Positions 18,841 to 27,932 of a stretch of 64,000 nt of DNA are shown piece after piece. The translations under genes were made by a program, and so were the position numbers. Under the pieces are notes generated by a model. It saw nothing but the letters and a program-made list of their open reading frames with translations, was not told the DNA's origin and did no database searches. The stretch is from a virus (taxonomy: Duplodnaviria > Heunggongvirae > Uroviricota > Caudoviricetes), in the IMG/VR virus record IMGVR_UViG_2841729706_000003, positions 41,668 to 105,667 of that record. The stretch is one strand, 5' to 3'. Position 1 is the first letter of the stretch. Every line of letters starts with the position of its first letter.

Positions 18841-19520
18841 TGGGGAACTCCGGACAGCACAACGCCAGTCATCTTGCGCGTTGGCGCACTGACAGAAATC
18901 TTACCCTTCTGGCGACCCCAGAAATGCTCTTGTTCGCCCACAACCGTAACATCGGCAAAGAAGTTGTCGGTCGCACTTCGAATCTTCTGGCTATCGTTGG
19001 AACGTGTATCCGGGTTGCCGCGCGTCATCTCTTGAGTGTGCGAGGCACACGTCAGGACGATCGAACCAACGTCGTTTTCTTTAGGGGTGGTGATTTCAAC
19101 CGTATCGACAAAGCCAACGAAGCGGCAGAAAGCCGGCGCCACTATCTGGCGCGTTTCGAGGCTTAGTAGGCCGCGATAGATTTCCACGCCGGCCTGCTTC
19201 AAGTCGTAGCCGCGAACGATGTTCTCAACCGCAGGATCCAGTTGCGACATTTGGATTGTCACATTCTGGATCGTCAAATTGGAAACAAGCGGAATATCGC
19301 TGATCTGAATCAGCGTGCCGGAACCTTCGAAGTTCCGCGTCACCGAAAGGCCGGTGTTCGGATTCAAGACAGGCGCCGAAACGTCGCCAACGTCAGACCA
19401 GAAACCGTACGGGAACGTCGCGCCGGTATCTCTGTCGCGTGCCGTAATCCAGAGGAAGTCGCGGGCAACCAAGGCGCGCGCCTGCAATGCCGCCAGGTTG
19501 GCAGCCGAAATGTTGCGCAT
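18837..19520 (-). CDS. Tail protein, DUF2163 / RcGTA g13-like (BR0599 family)
   Basis: Position and size between the distal tail protein and the host-specificity protein; N-terminal MRNISAANLAALQARALVARDFLWI... pattern typical of the family (recalled from memory). Confidence 0.45.
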   Translation of the reverse strand: MRNISAANLAALQARALVARDFLWITARDRDTGATFPYGFWSDVGDVSAPVLNPNTGLSVTRNFEGSGTLIQISDIPLVSNLTIQNVTIQMSQLDPAVENIVRGYDLKQAGVEIYRGLLSLETRQIVAPAFCRFVGFVDTVEITTPKENDVGSIVLTCASHTQEMTRGNPDTRSNDSQKIRSATDNFFADVTVVGEQEHFWGRQKGKISVSAPTRKMTGVVLSGVPH

Positions 19521-19586
19521 GTTGTCTCGCTGGGAATGAAAAGGCCCGCTCGAGGCGGGCCACTAGGTAGGGCTTCAGGCGCGGGC

Positions 19587-20216
19587 CTAACGGCTCTCGA
19601 CTGCCTGGAACGTTATCGTTCCGCGCCCTGTCTGTAGTTCTGCAGTGGTCGACAAAGAGCCGGGAACCTGCGTCATGAGGCAGGACGGCTTTACAACTGT
19701 AACAGCGTCGTTCACCGCCGATAGAGGCCACAGGTGCGGCCGCACCTCAAACGTGCCTGTAACCCCACTCCCGTTGGCCGTGGCGGCCTCCAGAACTTGA
19801 TGCAGGTTGGACGTTCCAATCTGAATGTAATCGCCGATGCGAACCGTGTATCCGACGGGCAGGCCCTTCAGTGAAATCGTCTTACGATTGGCCGCAATAC
19901 TGTTGACTTGAGCGCCGCTGACTGTGCCCATACCGACACCGTTGGGATAGGCGATCGGATAGCAGCGGCTAGTTGGCCAGGCGCGTAACTCTTGGGTGCC
20001 ACCCTCTAGGGCCTTCATCCGAGCCCGCCACTCGTCAAGCTCGTTCGGCCGCATCGACCGTGACTGGAATGTGGCCGTCCACAGCGGGGAGCCGAGATCC
20101 TTTACGATCGTTCGACCGCCCGCCGTGCGGCTTTGCTCTTGTCTATACAAGACGTCGAATTCCACTGACCAACCGGGGAAGATGTCGAGGAAATTGTATG
20201 GGTAGGTGATGGCCAT
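19587..20216 (-). CDS. Distal tail protein (RcGTA g12-like, DUF2460 family)
   Basis: Immediately downstream of the tape measure gene with start/stop overlap; 209 aa. Confidence 0.45.
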   Translation of the reverse strand: MAITYPYNFLDIFPGWSVEFDVLYRQEQSRTAGGRTIVKDLGSPLWTATFQSRSMRPNELDEWRARMKALEGGTQELRAWPTSRCYPIAYPNGVGMGTVSGAQVNSIAANRKTISLKGLPVGYTVRIGDYIQIGTSNLHQVLEAATANGSGVTGTFEVRPHLWPLSAVNDAVTVVKPSCLMTQVPGSLSTTAELQTGRGTITFQAVESR

Positions 20217-22345
20217 TACAAATTCCTAGTCTTCTGGGCTCGCCGAACGGTGTTGACCACTCGCGCTTCAAACTCTTGCTGCTGTTTGGCAACCACCCGC
20301 TCAAGCCGGTCGACGGCCGCAACGTCTGCTCCGCGCGCGTCGATGACGGGTGCGAATGTCATGTTGGGACCGTTGTTCTGATTGGCCGGCGCATGAATGC
20401 GCGGCATGCGCGGGGCGCCTACCAGGCCACCGTTGGCGTAGCTGCCGAAAAGTGACTCGATATTGCGGAGGCCAACTTTGTCGACAGTGTTTTTAGGAAC
20501 GACATACTCGCCCTTGTGGACGATGCCTGCGGGCTGATACTTGCCGCCAGACCCGGTGTATCCTCCTGATGCAAAGCCGAACAACTTGCCGATAAAGCCG
20601 AAGCCTTTTTCGCTTCCGCCGCCAAACGCGCTATCAAACGCCATATCGAGAAGCTTGTTTCCGATTTTCGTAAGCGCATCCGCAAAGATGTCTGCGGCTT
20701 TCTTTCCTTCGATGAAGCCATCAACAATGCCGCGCGTGAGATCCTTCTGGAAATCGCGCATATCTTCAGCGCGCTCCCGGATCCTGTCCTGGCTCTCACC
20801 AAGTTTGGCAGCTTCAACCGTGGCAAGCGCATATTGGTCGGCTAGCGCCGCAATCTCAGCCCGCAATTCTGGCGTGACCTTTTTGCCCGCCTCTTTTGCT
20901 GCGTTCAGCAGTTCTTGTTCCGCGCGGGCCTTCTCGACGGCATAGCCATAGTCATCAATCAGCGGATTGAGTTGGCGCTGCGCTTCAGTCTCAGCGATTG
21001 TCGCCGCGGTGCTGTCCGTTATACGCTTCGCAAGCCGCTCATATTCGTCGGCTCGTTCCTTTGCGCCTTTGCGACCGTTGCCTTTGCCTTTTTTGGAAGG
21101 GGCATCATAGTCGGACATCGAGATGGGGTTTACCCCACCGCTCTTAGCCGGCAGTCGCCCAGTCTTCGAGACACTGTCAACCGACCGATCAATAACCGAC
21201 CCGTAGACCCGATTAACATAGGCATCAACGGCCGCCTTCGACGCACCCGAAACTTCCCCGGCGCCATCACCGCCGAACCGCTCACTCATAGTGCGGTTAG
21301 ACTGCATACCGATAGCTTGACCGAAGCGCGTGCTCGCGGCCCACTCGCCAACTTTGTCGGCTCCAACAGCGGAGCCCGCTGCGGCTGCCATATTGTTCAG
21401 CGCATTCGAAAAGCTATTTAGGAACTCAGCGCCAGACTGCAGCCATCCTATAAGTTTTCGAACCTCTTCGCCGAAGGACTCGAAATTGATGCTGTTGATA
21501 TGGTTGGCCATCTTTTGGAAAGCGTCGGCCAAGTCCGTTGCTGCAAGGCTTCCTTTGGCGAATTCCCGCGTACCATCAATCATCGCAGTCTTGACGTTTT
21601 CCAACGCCTGCGACGTGGTCAGAACCGCGTTCTTGACCTTATCCTCAAGGATGACACTGCCAGCCTCGAATGCTCTAAAGAAAACTTCCGAGGATATGGC
21701 CCCGTCGACAACAAGTTGCCGGAGTTTCGCCACCGATCCGCCAGCCTCTTTCAAGCCAGCAGCGGCGGCCTGTGCTATAGGAAGAGCGCCTTCCAGAACG
21801 GAATTGAATTCTTCCGCCCGCACAACGCCAGAGCCAAGCGCCTGACTCAGCTGCAGGAGAGCTCCGGAGGCCGACTGCGCGTCTGTGCCAGCAACGCGAA
21901 GCGCGAGCGCAACTTTGTCGGTAAAGCCGAGCAATTCCTCCTGCGAAACGCCGAGTTCTTTCTGAACAAGCGCCGCTCGGCCGTACAATGTAACAAGCGT
22001 CTCGAGCGGTGCAGCATTGGCCACAGCGCTGTCACGCAAGCGTCCATAGACGCGCTCAAGCTCTGCGCCGGATAGGCCAGCAACCTTTAGCGCGTTGTCA
22101 ATGCGTGTCGCCGAATCCAGAAGCGACTGTATTCCCCTAACGCCCCCAGCGACCGCAAACGCTTTAGCAATCCCGGTCCCCATCGAATTAAACTGGCTCG
22201 AAATATTGCGGTTCATCTGCTGAAAACGACGCTCAATTCTTCGCGTGCCGTTATTGGCAACGCCCTGAGCCTTGTTCATCGCATTCTGAAACTGCTTGAA
22301 ATCTGCCGATAGTTGCACTACCAGTCGTTCAATATCAGTCGCCAT
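20216..22345 (-). CDS. Tail tape measure protein
   Basis: About 709 aa, Ala/Gln/Glu-rich alpha-helical protein from Met MATDIERLVVQL; located between the chaperone and distal tail genes. Confidence 0.65.
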   Translation of the reverse strand: MATDIERLVVQLSADFKQFQNAMNKAQGVANNGTRRIERRFQQMNRNISSQFNSMGTGIAKAFAVAGGVRGIQSLLDSATRIDNALKVAGLSGAELERVYGRLRDSAVANAAPLETLVTLYGRAALVQKELGVSQEELLGFTDKVALALRVAGTDAQSASGALLQLSQALGSGVVRAEEFNSVLEGALPIAQAAAAGLKEAGGSVAKLRQLVVDGAISSEVFFRAFEAGSVILEDKVKNAVLTTSQALENVKTAMIDGTREFAKGSLAATDLADAFQKMANHINSINFESFGEEVRKLIGWLQSGAEFLNSFSNALNNMAAAAGSAVGADKVGEWAASTRFGQAIGMQSNRTMSERFGGDGAGEVSGASKAAVDAYVNRVYGSVIDRSVDSVSKTGRLPAKSGGVNPISMSDYDAPSKKGKGNGRKGAKERADEYERLAKRITDSTAATIAETEAQRQLNPLIDDYGYAVEKARAEQELLNAAKEAGKKVTPELRAEIAALADQYALATVEAAKLGESQDRIRERAEDMRDFQKDLTRGIVDGFIEGKKAADIFADALTKIGNKLLDMAFDSAFGGGSEKGFGFIGKLFGFASGGYTGSGGKYQPAGIVHKGEYVVPKNTVDKVGLRNIESLFGSYANGGLVGAPRMPRIHAPANQNNGPNMTFAPVIDARGADVAAVDRLERVVAKQQQEFEARVVNTVRRAQKTRNL

Positions 22346-22364
22346 TAAAGTCACCGGGGGAGTT

Positions 22365-22649
22365 ATGAGAAAATTCTTGATGCTGACCCTGGCGGGGATG
22401 CTGGTCGGCGGGTATCTCTTGAAGGGACCGCAAGAAGCGGAGAGCGCATCTGCACCAGTCAATGCCCGGCCGGTTGCGCAAGAAACCTATCGTTTGGTGC
22501 ACGCAATCGGCAATGCGGAGAAGGTATCGGCAAAACGCCTCTCGAAGGGCGAATGCGAAGGCCGCAAGAAAGATATGGCGATCGTCGCGGTGGCCTTGCG
22601 TTCTGGCGGATCTGTGACATGTCTACCAGACAGCCTATTCAGCGACTGA
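22365..22649 (+). CDS. Small secreted or membrane-anchored protein encoded opposite to the tail genes (moron candidate)
   Basis: ATG at 22365 preceded by GGGGGAG SD; MRKFLMLTLAGMLVGGYLL hydrophobic N-terminus; occupies a 330-bp gap between the tape measure and chaperone genes. Confidence 0.4.
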   Translation: MRKFLMLTLAGMLVGGYLLKGPQEAESASAPVNARPVAQETYRLVHAIGNAEKVSAKRLSKGECEGRKKDMAIVAVALRSGGSVTCLPDSLFSD

Positions 22650-22663
22650 CAGGCACGCGCTCA

Positions 22664-22816
22664 CTAACCCTTGCTTTGCATCCACTCCCAAAGCTCGTCA
22701 GCTTCCTTGCCTCCAAGCTTGCCGTCGTCCGGTGAATTCGCCTTAACGAAGCCTTCCAGCGCGGCCATAAACTGCCACACGCTCATCTCGTTGATTTGCT
22801 GTGGTGAAAAGCCCAT
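22664..22816 (-). CDS. Small conserved protein of the tail-chaperone region (50 aa)
   Basis: Unlisted ORF MGFSPQQINEMSVWQFMAALEGFVKANSPDDGKLGGKEADELWEWMQSKG immediately downstream of the GTA-type chaperone gene. Confidence 0.3.
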   Translation of the reverse strand: MGFSPQQINEMSVWQFMAALEGFVKANSPDDGKLGGKEADELWEWMQSKG

Positions 22817-22842
22817 GGCTGCGCCGTTACCATAAATGGCCG

Positions 22843-23226
22843 CTATTCGAAGTTTTCCGTTGGGGAGGTCGTCGAGTCGTTCTCCGCCTCCCCCTCGGCT
22901 TCCCCCAGTTTTTCCTCCGGCGCTCCTATTAGCCCCGCAGCCAAAACTGCCTGCGCGACCGGAACATTCTCCATCGGAGGTCGGGCTTCGACGTAGGTGC
23001 GAACCTTTTTCAAGGAGTCAGCCGGTGCCATGCCTCCGCCTATCAGACCGAGGCGAATGACGTTGGACACGTCTTCCACGCGCCACTGGCCAGAATGCAG
23101 GCGATTGAGCACGACGTATGGCCCGGCATCCGTCTTTTCCTGAAGCTCGCCAAGTTGGCCCCATCCTAGGCGGAAAGCATACGTGCCGTCCGCCCAGTCC
23201 AGCTCAATGCGTGCGTCGCGGCTCAT
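22843..23226 (-). CDS. Tail assembly chaperone (gene-transfer-agent family protein)
   Basis: Position directly after the major tail gene; MSRDARIELDWADGTYAFRLGWGQLGELQEKTDAGPYVVLNRL pattern as in RcGTA g10. Confidence 0.45.
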   Translation of the reverse strand: MSRDARIELDWADGTYAFRLGWGQLGELQEKTDAGPYVVLNRLHSGQWRVEDVSNVIRLGLIGGGMAPADSLKKVRTYVEARPPMENVPVAQAVLAAGLIGAPEEKLGEAEGEAENDSTTSPTENFE

Positions 23227-23671
23227 TACGGCGTTGCCGTCCAGAGCTTCGTAACCTGTCCATCGGACTGCATAGAGACAGAAAGCTGCACTCGCCCACC
23301 CTGCTCTGCCGACGGATTGAAGCTGTCGATGTGGAACGGGCCGGTGAACGACAGAACGCCAGTCGCGAACTCAATCTCGACCTTGGCGTTGACAGGATCG
23401 GTACTGTACGCCGCGTCCGTCCAATCCTGAATGGATTCCGCCGCTACTAGCCCTTCGCCAGTAATGGAGGCCGAAAGGCTTTCCGTGTCGCGCGCAATCC
23501 AGAATGGGGCGTCGGGATCGTCGCAATCCGGGATCGTTATTTCGGTGAGGTTCTTGGAAAGCGTGAAGGCTTTCGACGTAAAGCCGCATGGTGCGGTGAA
23601 TACCTCCGGAGAGGCACCGTCGCCAAGAAGAATGCGGAACTTTCCAAATTTGGAAGTAGTCGGCTGCGCCA
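23226..23671 (-). CDS. Major tail protein (TP901-1/GTA g9 family)
   Basis: From Met MAQPTTSKFGKFRILLGDG; about 148 aa; upstream lies the shared 30-nt hairpin element. Confidence 0.55.
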
Positions 23672-23685
23672 TAAAAAGCGACCTT

Positions 23686-23715
23686 TCAGATATGAAAAAG
23701 GCCGCTCTTGGCGGC
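23686..23715 (-). promoter_or_regulatory. 30-nt stem-loop plus U5 element immediately upstream of the major tail gene (copy 1 of 2)
   Basis: Coding-strand sequence GGCCGCCAAGAGCGGCC TTTTT CATATCTG, identical to the copy upstream of the major capsid gene. Confidence 0.5.
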
Positions 23716-23745
23716 CGATGTGGTGGGAGTTTTTGGTGCTGAGAG

Positions 23746-24162
23746 CTATGGCTGCTCAATGATCGCTGTGAAGCGAACCGAGGCCTGTTTCAGCGTGCCG
23801 TTGGCGATGTAGTCGGTGCGCCAATGTTCGAACGTAGCTAAGGCGTTCTGCGCCAGCGTAATGTCGGAGCCGCGGAATGCCTTTCGGATGGCGTCGGCAA
23901 TGTTCCGCACTTGCGGGTGGCCAGGCTCGATCGACCATGCGTCGATCTGGATCATCACCTCGCCGCCATCGATACAATCGGCATCTTCCGACTGAAAATT
24001 GGACGGGCCGATGCTGATGTATGGATAAGTCGTAGCCTGCACGTTGCCGTTTTGGTCAAGCGGCGGCTGGTCATAGGATTTCTGGCCGACCAGTGCAGTA
24101 ACAGCAGCAAAAGACCGAAGGCGCTGAATGATAACGCCTTGCAGTTCAAGAACCGGGTCCAT
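23746..24162 (-). CDS. Tail completion / neck protein (DUF3168-like)
   Basis: Position between the gp10-like and major tail genes; 138 aa. Confidence 0.4.
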   Translation of the reverse strand: MDPVLELQGVIIQRLRSFAAVTALVGQKSYDQPPLDQNGNVQATTYPYISIGPSNFQSEDADCIDGGEVMIQIDAWSIEPGHPQVRNIADAIRKAFRGSDITLAQNALATFEHWRTDYIANGTLKQASVRFTAIIEQP

Positions 24163-24621
24163 CTAGCCTCCTGCCGCTATCGCCTTCGCAGACTTTGTAA
24201 TGGCGCGTGTGATGCGCGACTTGGTGCGACGCCGGAGCGCGCGGTAGCTGACAAAGAAGAAAGGTTGCGCCGACGTGCCGGGGTGCTGAGTGCCTGCATA
24301 GAGGCCGCCATTTTCGTGGGCCTTGGTGGCGAATTCGACTAGGTGGGCGTAGCGCACCTTCGAATTGCCGGCATAGATCGTCAGTGTAAGCTTGCCGCTT
24401 GCGGACTTCACCGAAGCAATGCGCTGGCTATATTTTGGCGCGTCACCCCAGGTCCAACCGATGCTGTCGCGGAGTTCACCGCTATCGACAGCAACCAAAG
24501 ATTTCATCATTGCGACGATTTCGTTGGCACCTTGCTCCATCGCTGTTTTGATTGCCGCTTCAGCAGCGGCCGGCAACTTCTTGAGCTTGCGGTTCAGCCG
24601 ACTAAGGCCGAGTACCGTCAC
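24163..24621 (-). CDS. HK97 gp10-family head-tail joining protein
   Basis: ...KVRYAHLVEFATKAHENGG... motif typical of the HK97 gp10 family. Confidence 0.5.
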   Translation of the reverse strand: MTVLGLSRLNRKLKKLPAAAEAAIKTAMEQGANEIVAMMKSLVAVDSGELRDSIGWTWGDAPKYSQRIASVKSASGKLTLTIYAGNSKVRYAHLVEFATKAHENGGLYAGTQHPGTSAQPFFFVSYRALRRRTKSRITRAITKSAKAIAAGG

Positions 24622-24971
24622 GATGGCTCACCCTCAACAACCAGCATCTCAAGATAAGCGTTCCGCTCATCCGGATTTACGATCGCCTTGATATTGTAAG
24701 TCCTGCCGGTTCTCGCGTTCACAGCCCGCCAGGCAGGAGTGATTTCTCGCGTGCGGGCGGAACTGCGAACGGTCAAGAGAAACGGCTGTACGCCCGTTAG
24801 GCGGGCCGCTATGACGGGCTCGCTGCCAAGCCGTGGAGCCAGGCGAGCCGGCTCGGTGAACTGGTCGGCAAATGGACCCGTGACATCGTTTCCATACCCA
24901 TCCGGCACAACGCCGCGAACCTGAAAGGTAATGCGCTCCGACAGTGAGCCGGCGCCGTTACGTTTTCTCAT
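24618..24971 (-). CDS. Head-tail adaptor (head closure) protein
   Basis: RITFQ...TPAWRAVNAR... pattern of the Phage_H_T_join family; position after the connector. Confidence 0.5.
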   Translation of the reverse strand: MRKRNGAGSLSERITFQVRGVVPDGYGNDVTGPFADQFTEPARLAPRLGSEPVIAARLTGVQPFLLTVRSSARTREITPAWRAVNARTGRTYNIKAIVNPDERNAYLEMLVVEGEPS

Positions 24972-25145
24972 CGGCAGCCTCCGGCCTCTCGCCTTTACGT
25001 GGTGTCTTCAGGCGCACGGCCTTGCCCGCCGCAACGGCGGCATCCGCCGCCGCGCGCGTGACATTGCCCGTCCAGCCGGCCTTATAGGCGATCGTGCTTC
25101 CGGGAAGGCGGAAGTCGTGGTCGGCCGTAAAGTGGAGCCAGGGCA

Positions 25146-25676
25146 TCAGGTGTAAAACCTGTAGTTCGAGAGAAGGCTATCGAAAGCCGACCAGTCAGCA
25201 TCATCGACACTGCCGCGGTTCTCGTAGAGATCCTCGATGCGTAAAAGCATTGCGTGTTTCACGGCGGGTGGGCAATTGGTGAATCCAGCAACGGCCGTAA
25301 GGGTAATGAGCGAACCGGGCTGTGTAGCCGGCCAAGACTGGCCGTACTTCAGAACGAGGCCGTCGCCACGTAACTCGAAAACCGTGTCTGCGAGGACCAC
25401 AGTAGCGCCGCCCGTATCGACATACTCGATATCAGCATCGGTGACTGGCGTCACCGGCAGTCTTGCCAAATCCGCCCAGCACGTCGCCTGCGCCTCAACC
25501 ACCTGCGATGCAAAGCGCGCGCCGCAGTACTTCTCAACATGATCTCGAGCGACAGAAATCAAACTACCGATCAGCGCATCATCGTCGTCGTGAAAGACGT
25601 TAAGATGCCTCTTCGCCTCCACCAGCGAGATCGGCTCCGCCGACGGCGCTGTCGTCACCTTCGGTGGATACCACAT
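25146..25676 (-). CDS. Head-tail connector protein (gp6-like)
   Basis: From Met MWYPPKVTTAPSAEPISLVEAKRHLNVFHDDDDALIGSLISVARDHVEKY, a typical gp6-like connector N-terminus. Confidence 0.5.
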   Translation of the reverse strand: MWYPPKVTTAPSAEPISLVEAKRHLNVFHDDDDALIGSLISVARDHVEKYCGARFASQVVEAQATCWADLARLPVTPVTDADIEYVDTGGATVVLADTVFELRGDGLVLKYGQSWPATQPGSLITLTAVAGFTNCPPAVKHAMLLRIEDLYENRGSVDDADWSAFDSLLSNYRFYT

Positions 25677-25910
25677 CAGGTTTGCCCTTCTTCCGCTTCT
25701 CGATGACGGGCGACGCAACAGCGCGTTCAATTCGCACTTCGACTGCAGGAACCGCATAACCAGCGTCGATTAGCCGGACAGCTTCTTCCTGCGGAAAATC
25801 GCGCTCATCGCCCGGCGCGAGCGAATATTCGTTACCCGCTAGGCCGATCAACATCTTGATATTCATAATCTCTCCTTGGAAGGAGGCGGGCCGAAGCCCG
25901 CCATCCAAGA

Positions 25911-27191
25911 TTAGGCAGCAGCCATTACGAGGTGCTTGACCGCAGCGGTATCACCGAGTTCGCCGTCAAAACGGATCAGGCCTGCGATGCCGAGATCCGG
26001 CCAGAACCGCTCACGAAGCACGCCGATAACTGGCGAGCCAACCTTGCGGACGAAGTACTTCGAGAAATCGCCGAAGATGACCGGCTTCGCAGACGCTGCG
26101 ATAAGCGGAACGTCGTCGTTGATCTCGTAGCGGAAGCCGAGCAGGGTGCCGGGCTCACCCTTCTGGATGTCGCCCGCCGACCAGATGTAGCGACCTTCGG
26201 CGTCCTTCAGTTTGCGGATGGCCGCGAGCGTCAGATCGGCAAACTGCCAGCGGGTCTTCGGCGAACGGCGGTAGGCCGCGTTGACCGAATGCAGCAGGTC
26301 GATGAGTTCGTCCGTGGTCAGTGCTGCGGCTGCGGCGGCAGTCTTGCCGAGCGAGGATGCGGTCACAACGCCATTCGGGTCGCCAGTGCCATCACCGATC
26401 GTCAACTCGCGGTTCGCGATACGGCCAAGACGTTCGCCGAGCAGGCTGCCGAGAAGCGACTCCATATTGAAGATAGAGTCAGCAGCCAGCTCCATCGAGA
26501 ACTTCACGAACTCGGTATCGTAGACGTAGGCGGCCAGTTCCTTGTTACCGAAGACAGCGTCCTGCGAACCGTCATCCGCAATCGCCGCGCCTTCAGTATG
26601 CTTGGTACCGGTCTTGGACGTGTCGTCGATGGTCGGGATGTTGATGACATTACCGCCCGAGGTCGTAATCACCGTGGCAATGTCTTCATTGTACATCGGA
26701 CCCCAGTCCTTCATCGAACGGATGATGAAGTCTGCGAGTTCGACAGGCACGGTATAGCCGCCAGCAGAGGCAGTTCCGGTGTTCTGGGCGCGGAATTCCT
26801 TGGCAGACTGCACGCCGGCCTTCAGAATCGTACGCTCTTCAGCGTCGAGTTCGTCAAGCGAGGCGCCACCAGCGAGGAACTTGTAGAATACCTCGCGGTA
26901 CTCCTTCTTTTCGCCTTCATCTTGGCCGCGGACATCGGTGTCGGCGCCCGTCGGACGCTGGCGCTTGCGCTCTTCGTCAGCGCGATCGGCGAGGCGCTTT
27001 TCGGCGTCTGCAAGGCGCTGCTCGCGCTCGATCAGCTTCTCGATGCGGTCGAACTCGACCATGATCGTGTCGTGGCGAGCGTCGAGTTCCGCAGCGCGGG
27101 CTTCATCGGTGTTGGTCTTGATTTCATCAAGCGCTGCACGCGCCTGCGCGACAAGCGAGCCGCGCTTTTCGTTCAGGTCCTTAAGGGACAT
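25911..27191 (-). CDS. Major capsid protein, HK97 family
   Basis: N-terminal coiled-coil delta domain followed by ...ASAGGYTVPVELADFIIRSMKDWGPMYN...; 426 aa. Confidence 0.75.
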   Translation of the reverse strand: MSLKDLNEKRGSLVAQARAALDEIKTNTDEARAAELDARHDTIMVEFDRIEKLIEREQRLADAEKRLADRADEERKRQRPTGADTDVRGQDEGEKKEYREVFYKFLAGGASLDELDAEERTILKAGVQSAKEFRAQNTGTASAGGYTVPVELADFIIRSMKDWGPMYNEDIATVITTSGGNVINIPTIDDTSKTGTKHTEGAAIADDGSQDAVFGNKELAAYVYDTEFVKFSMELAADSIFNMESLLGSLLGERLGRIANRELTIGDGTGDPNGVVTASSLGKTAAAAAALTTDELIDLLHSVNAAYRRSPKTRWQFADLTLAAIRKLKDAEGRYIWSAGDIQKGEPGTLLGFRYEINDDVPLIAASAKPVIFGDFSKYFVRKVGSPVIGVLRERFWPDLGIAGLIRFDGELGDTAAVKHLVMAAA

Positions 27192-27198
27192 GGTATCT

Positions 27199-27230
27199 CC
27201 AGATATGAAAAAGGCCGCTCTTGGCGGCCA
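27199..27230 (-). promoter_or_regulatory. 30-nt stem-loop plus U5 element immediately upstream of the major capsid gene (copy 2 of 2)
   Basis: Identical 30 nt GGCCGCCAAGAGCGGCCTTTTTCATATCTG followed by GGAGATACC-ATG of the capsid gene. Confidence 0.5.
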
Positions 27231-27299
27231 TAGGGGTGTGATGGCAGGACTAGGTCCGGCCCTCCGGCCGTGCCGGGTGACTTCAGCCGTTGAGGCTGG

Positions 27300-27932
27300 C
27301 TACGTGGCGTCCTGCCGGATGCCCCGAATTCGCTGTTCCATCGCAGCGCGTTTTTCGGCCACCCGCCTTGCGGCAGCGGCAGCGTCAGATGCGCGCTTTT
27401 CTGCGGCATCCCTAGCGGCGCCGCCTTCGGCCCTTGCCGCTTCAAGCGAGCGAAGGCCAATCGTCGTGTCTTCGTAGGCAGGCCAAGCAACTGCCGACAC
27501 TTCATGAAGCTCAAGTTTGTGAATGGTACGAATCGGCGTATCGCCGGTTTCGTCCCAAGTTTCCTTGGTCACCCGAAAGCCAAAGCTCATTCCGCTAATG
27601 TCGCCGCGCTCGACCAAGACCCACAGGTCGTTGCCGTCGCTAGTGTCGGGCACGTCGATTTCAACGCGAAGCCCGGTTCCGTCTTCGGCTAGCCGAAGCG
27701 TGCCGGACTTAGTCCGGCCAATCACGCGGCCAGGGTCATGATCGACCAAAGCGCGGATATCGCCGTTGATTACGTCTGCGAATGCACCGGAAGCTATCTT
27801 CTCCTGAAAATAACCTCCGATGTCGGCCAGCCTGTCAAACTTGGCGGCGTAGCCAACAAGTGTTCGCTTGTCGCTTTCGGCGCGCACCTCAACCCCAAGG
27901 CCAGATGCGCGCTTCTCAATGTTGGTCGTCAT
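27300..27932 (-). CDS. Prohead maturation protease, HK97 family (S78)
   Basis: ...GYAAKFDRLADIGGYFQEKIASGAF...GMSFGFRV... characteristic of HK97 prohead proteases. Confidence 0.7.
   Translation of the reverse strand: MTTNIEKRASGLGVEVRAESDKRTLVGYAAKFDRLADIGGYFQEKIASGAFADVINGDIRALVDHDPGRVIGRTKSGTLRLAEDGTGLRVEIDVPDTSDGNDLWVLVERGDISGMSFGFRVTKETWDETGDTPIRTIHKLELHEVSAVAWPAYEDTTIGLRSLEAARAEGGAARDAAEKRASDAAAAARRVAEKRAAMEQRIRGIRQDAT

Noticed and set aside
23431-23742. Plus-strand ORFs starting MKKAALGG (also at 26938..27477)
   Set aside because: Both begin inside the two copies of the 30-nt hairpin element (atgaaaaaggccgctcttggcggcc), so the shared start is a by-product of the repeat, not a gene family.
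25932-27233. 433-aa plus-strand ORF antisense to the major capsid gene
   Set aside because: The minus-strand frame encodes a clear HK97 capsid protein. The plus-strand translation has no motifs and begins inside the shared hairpin element.
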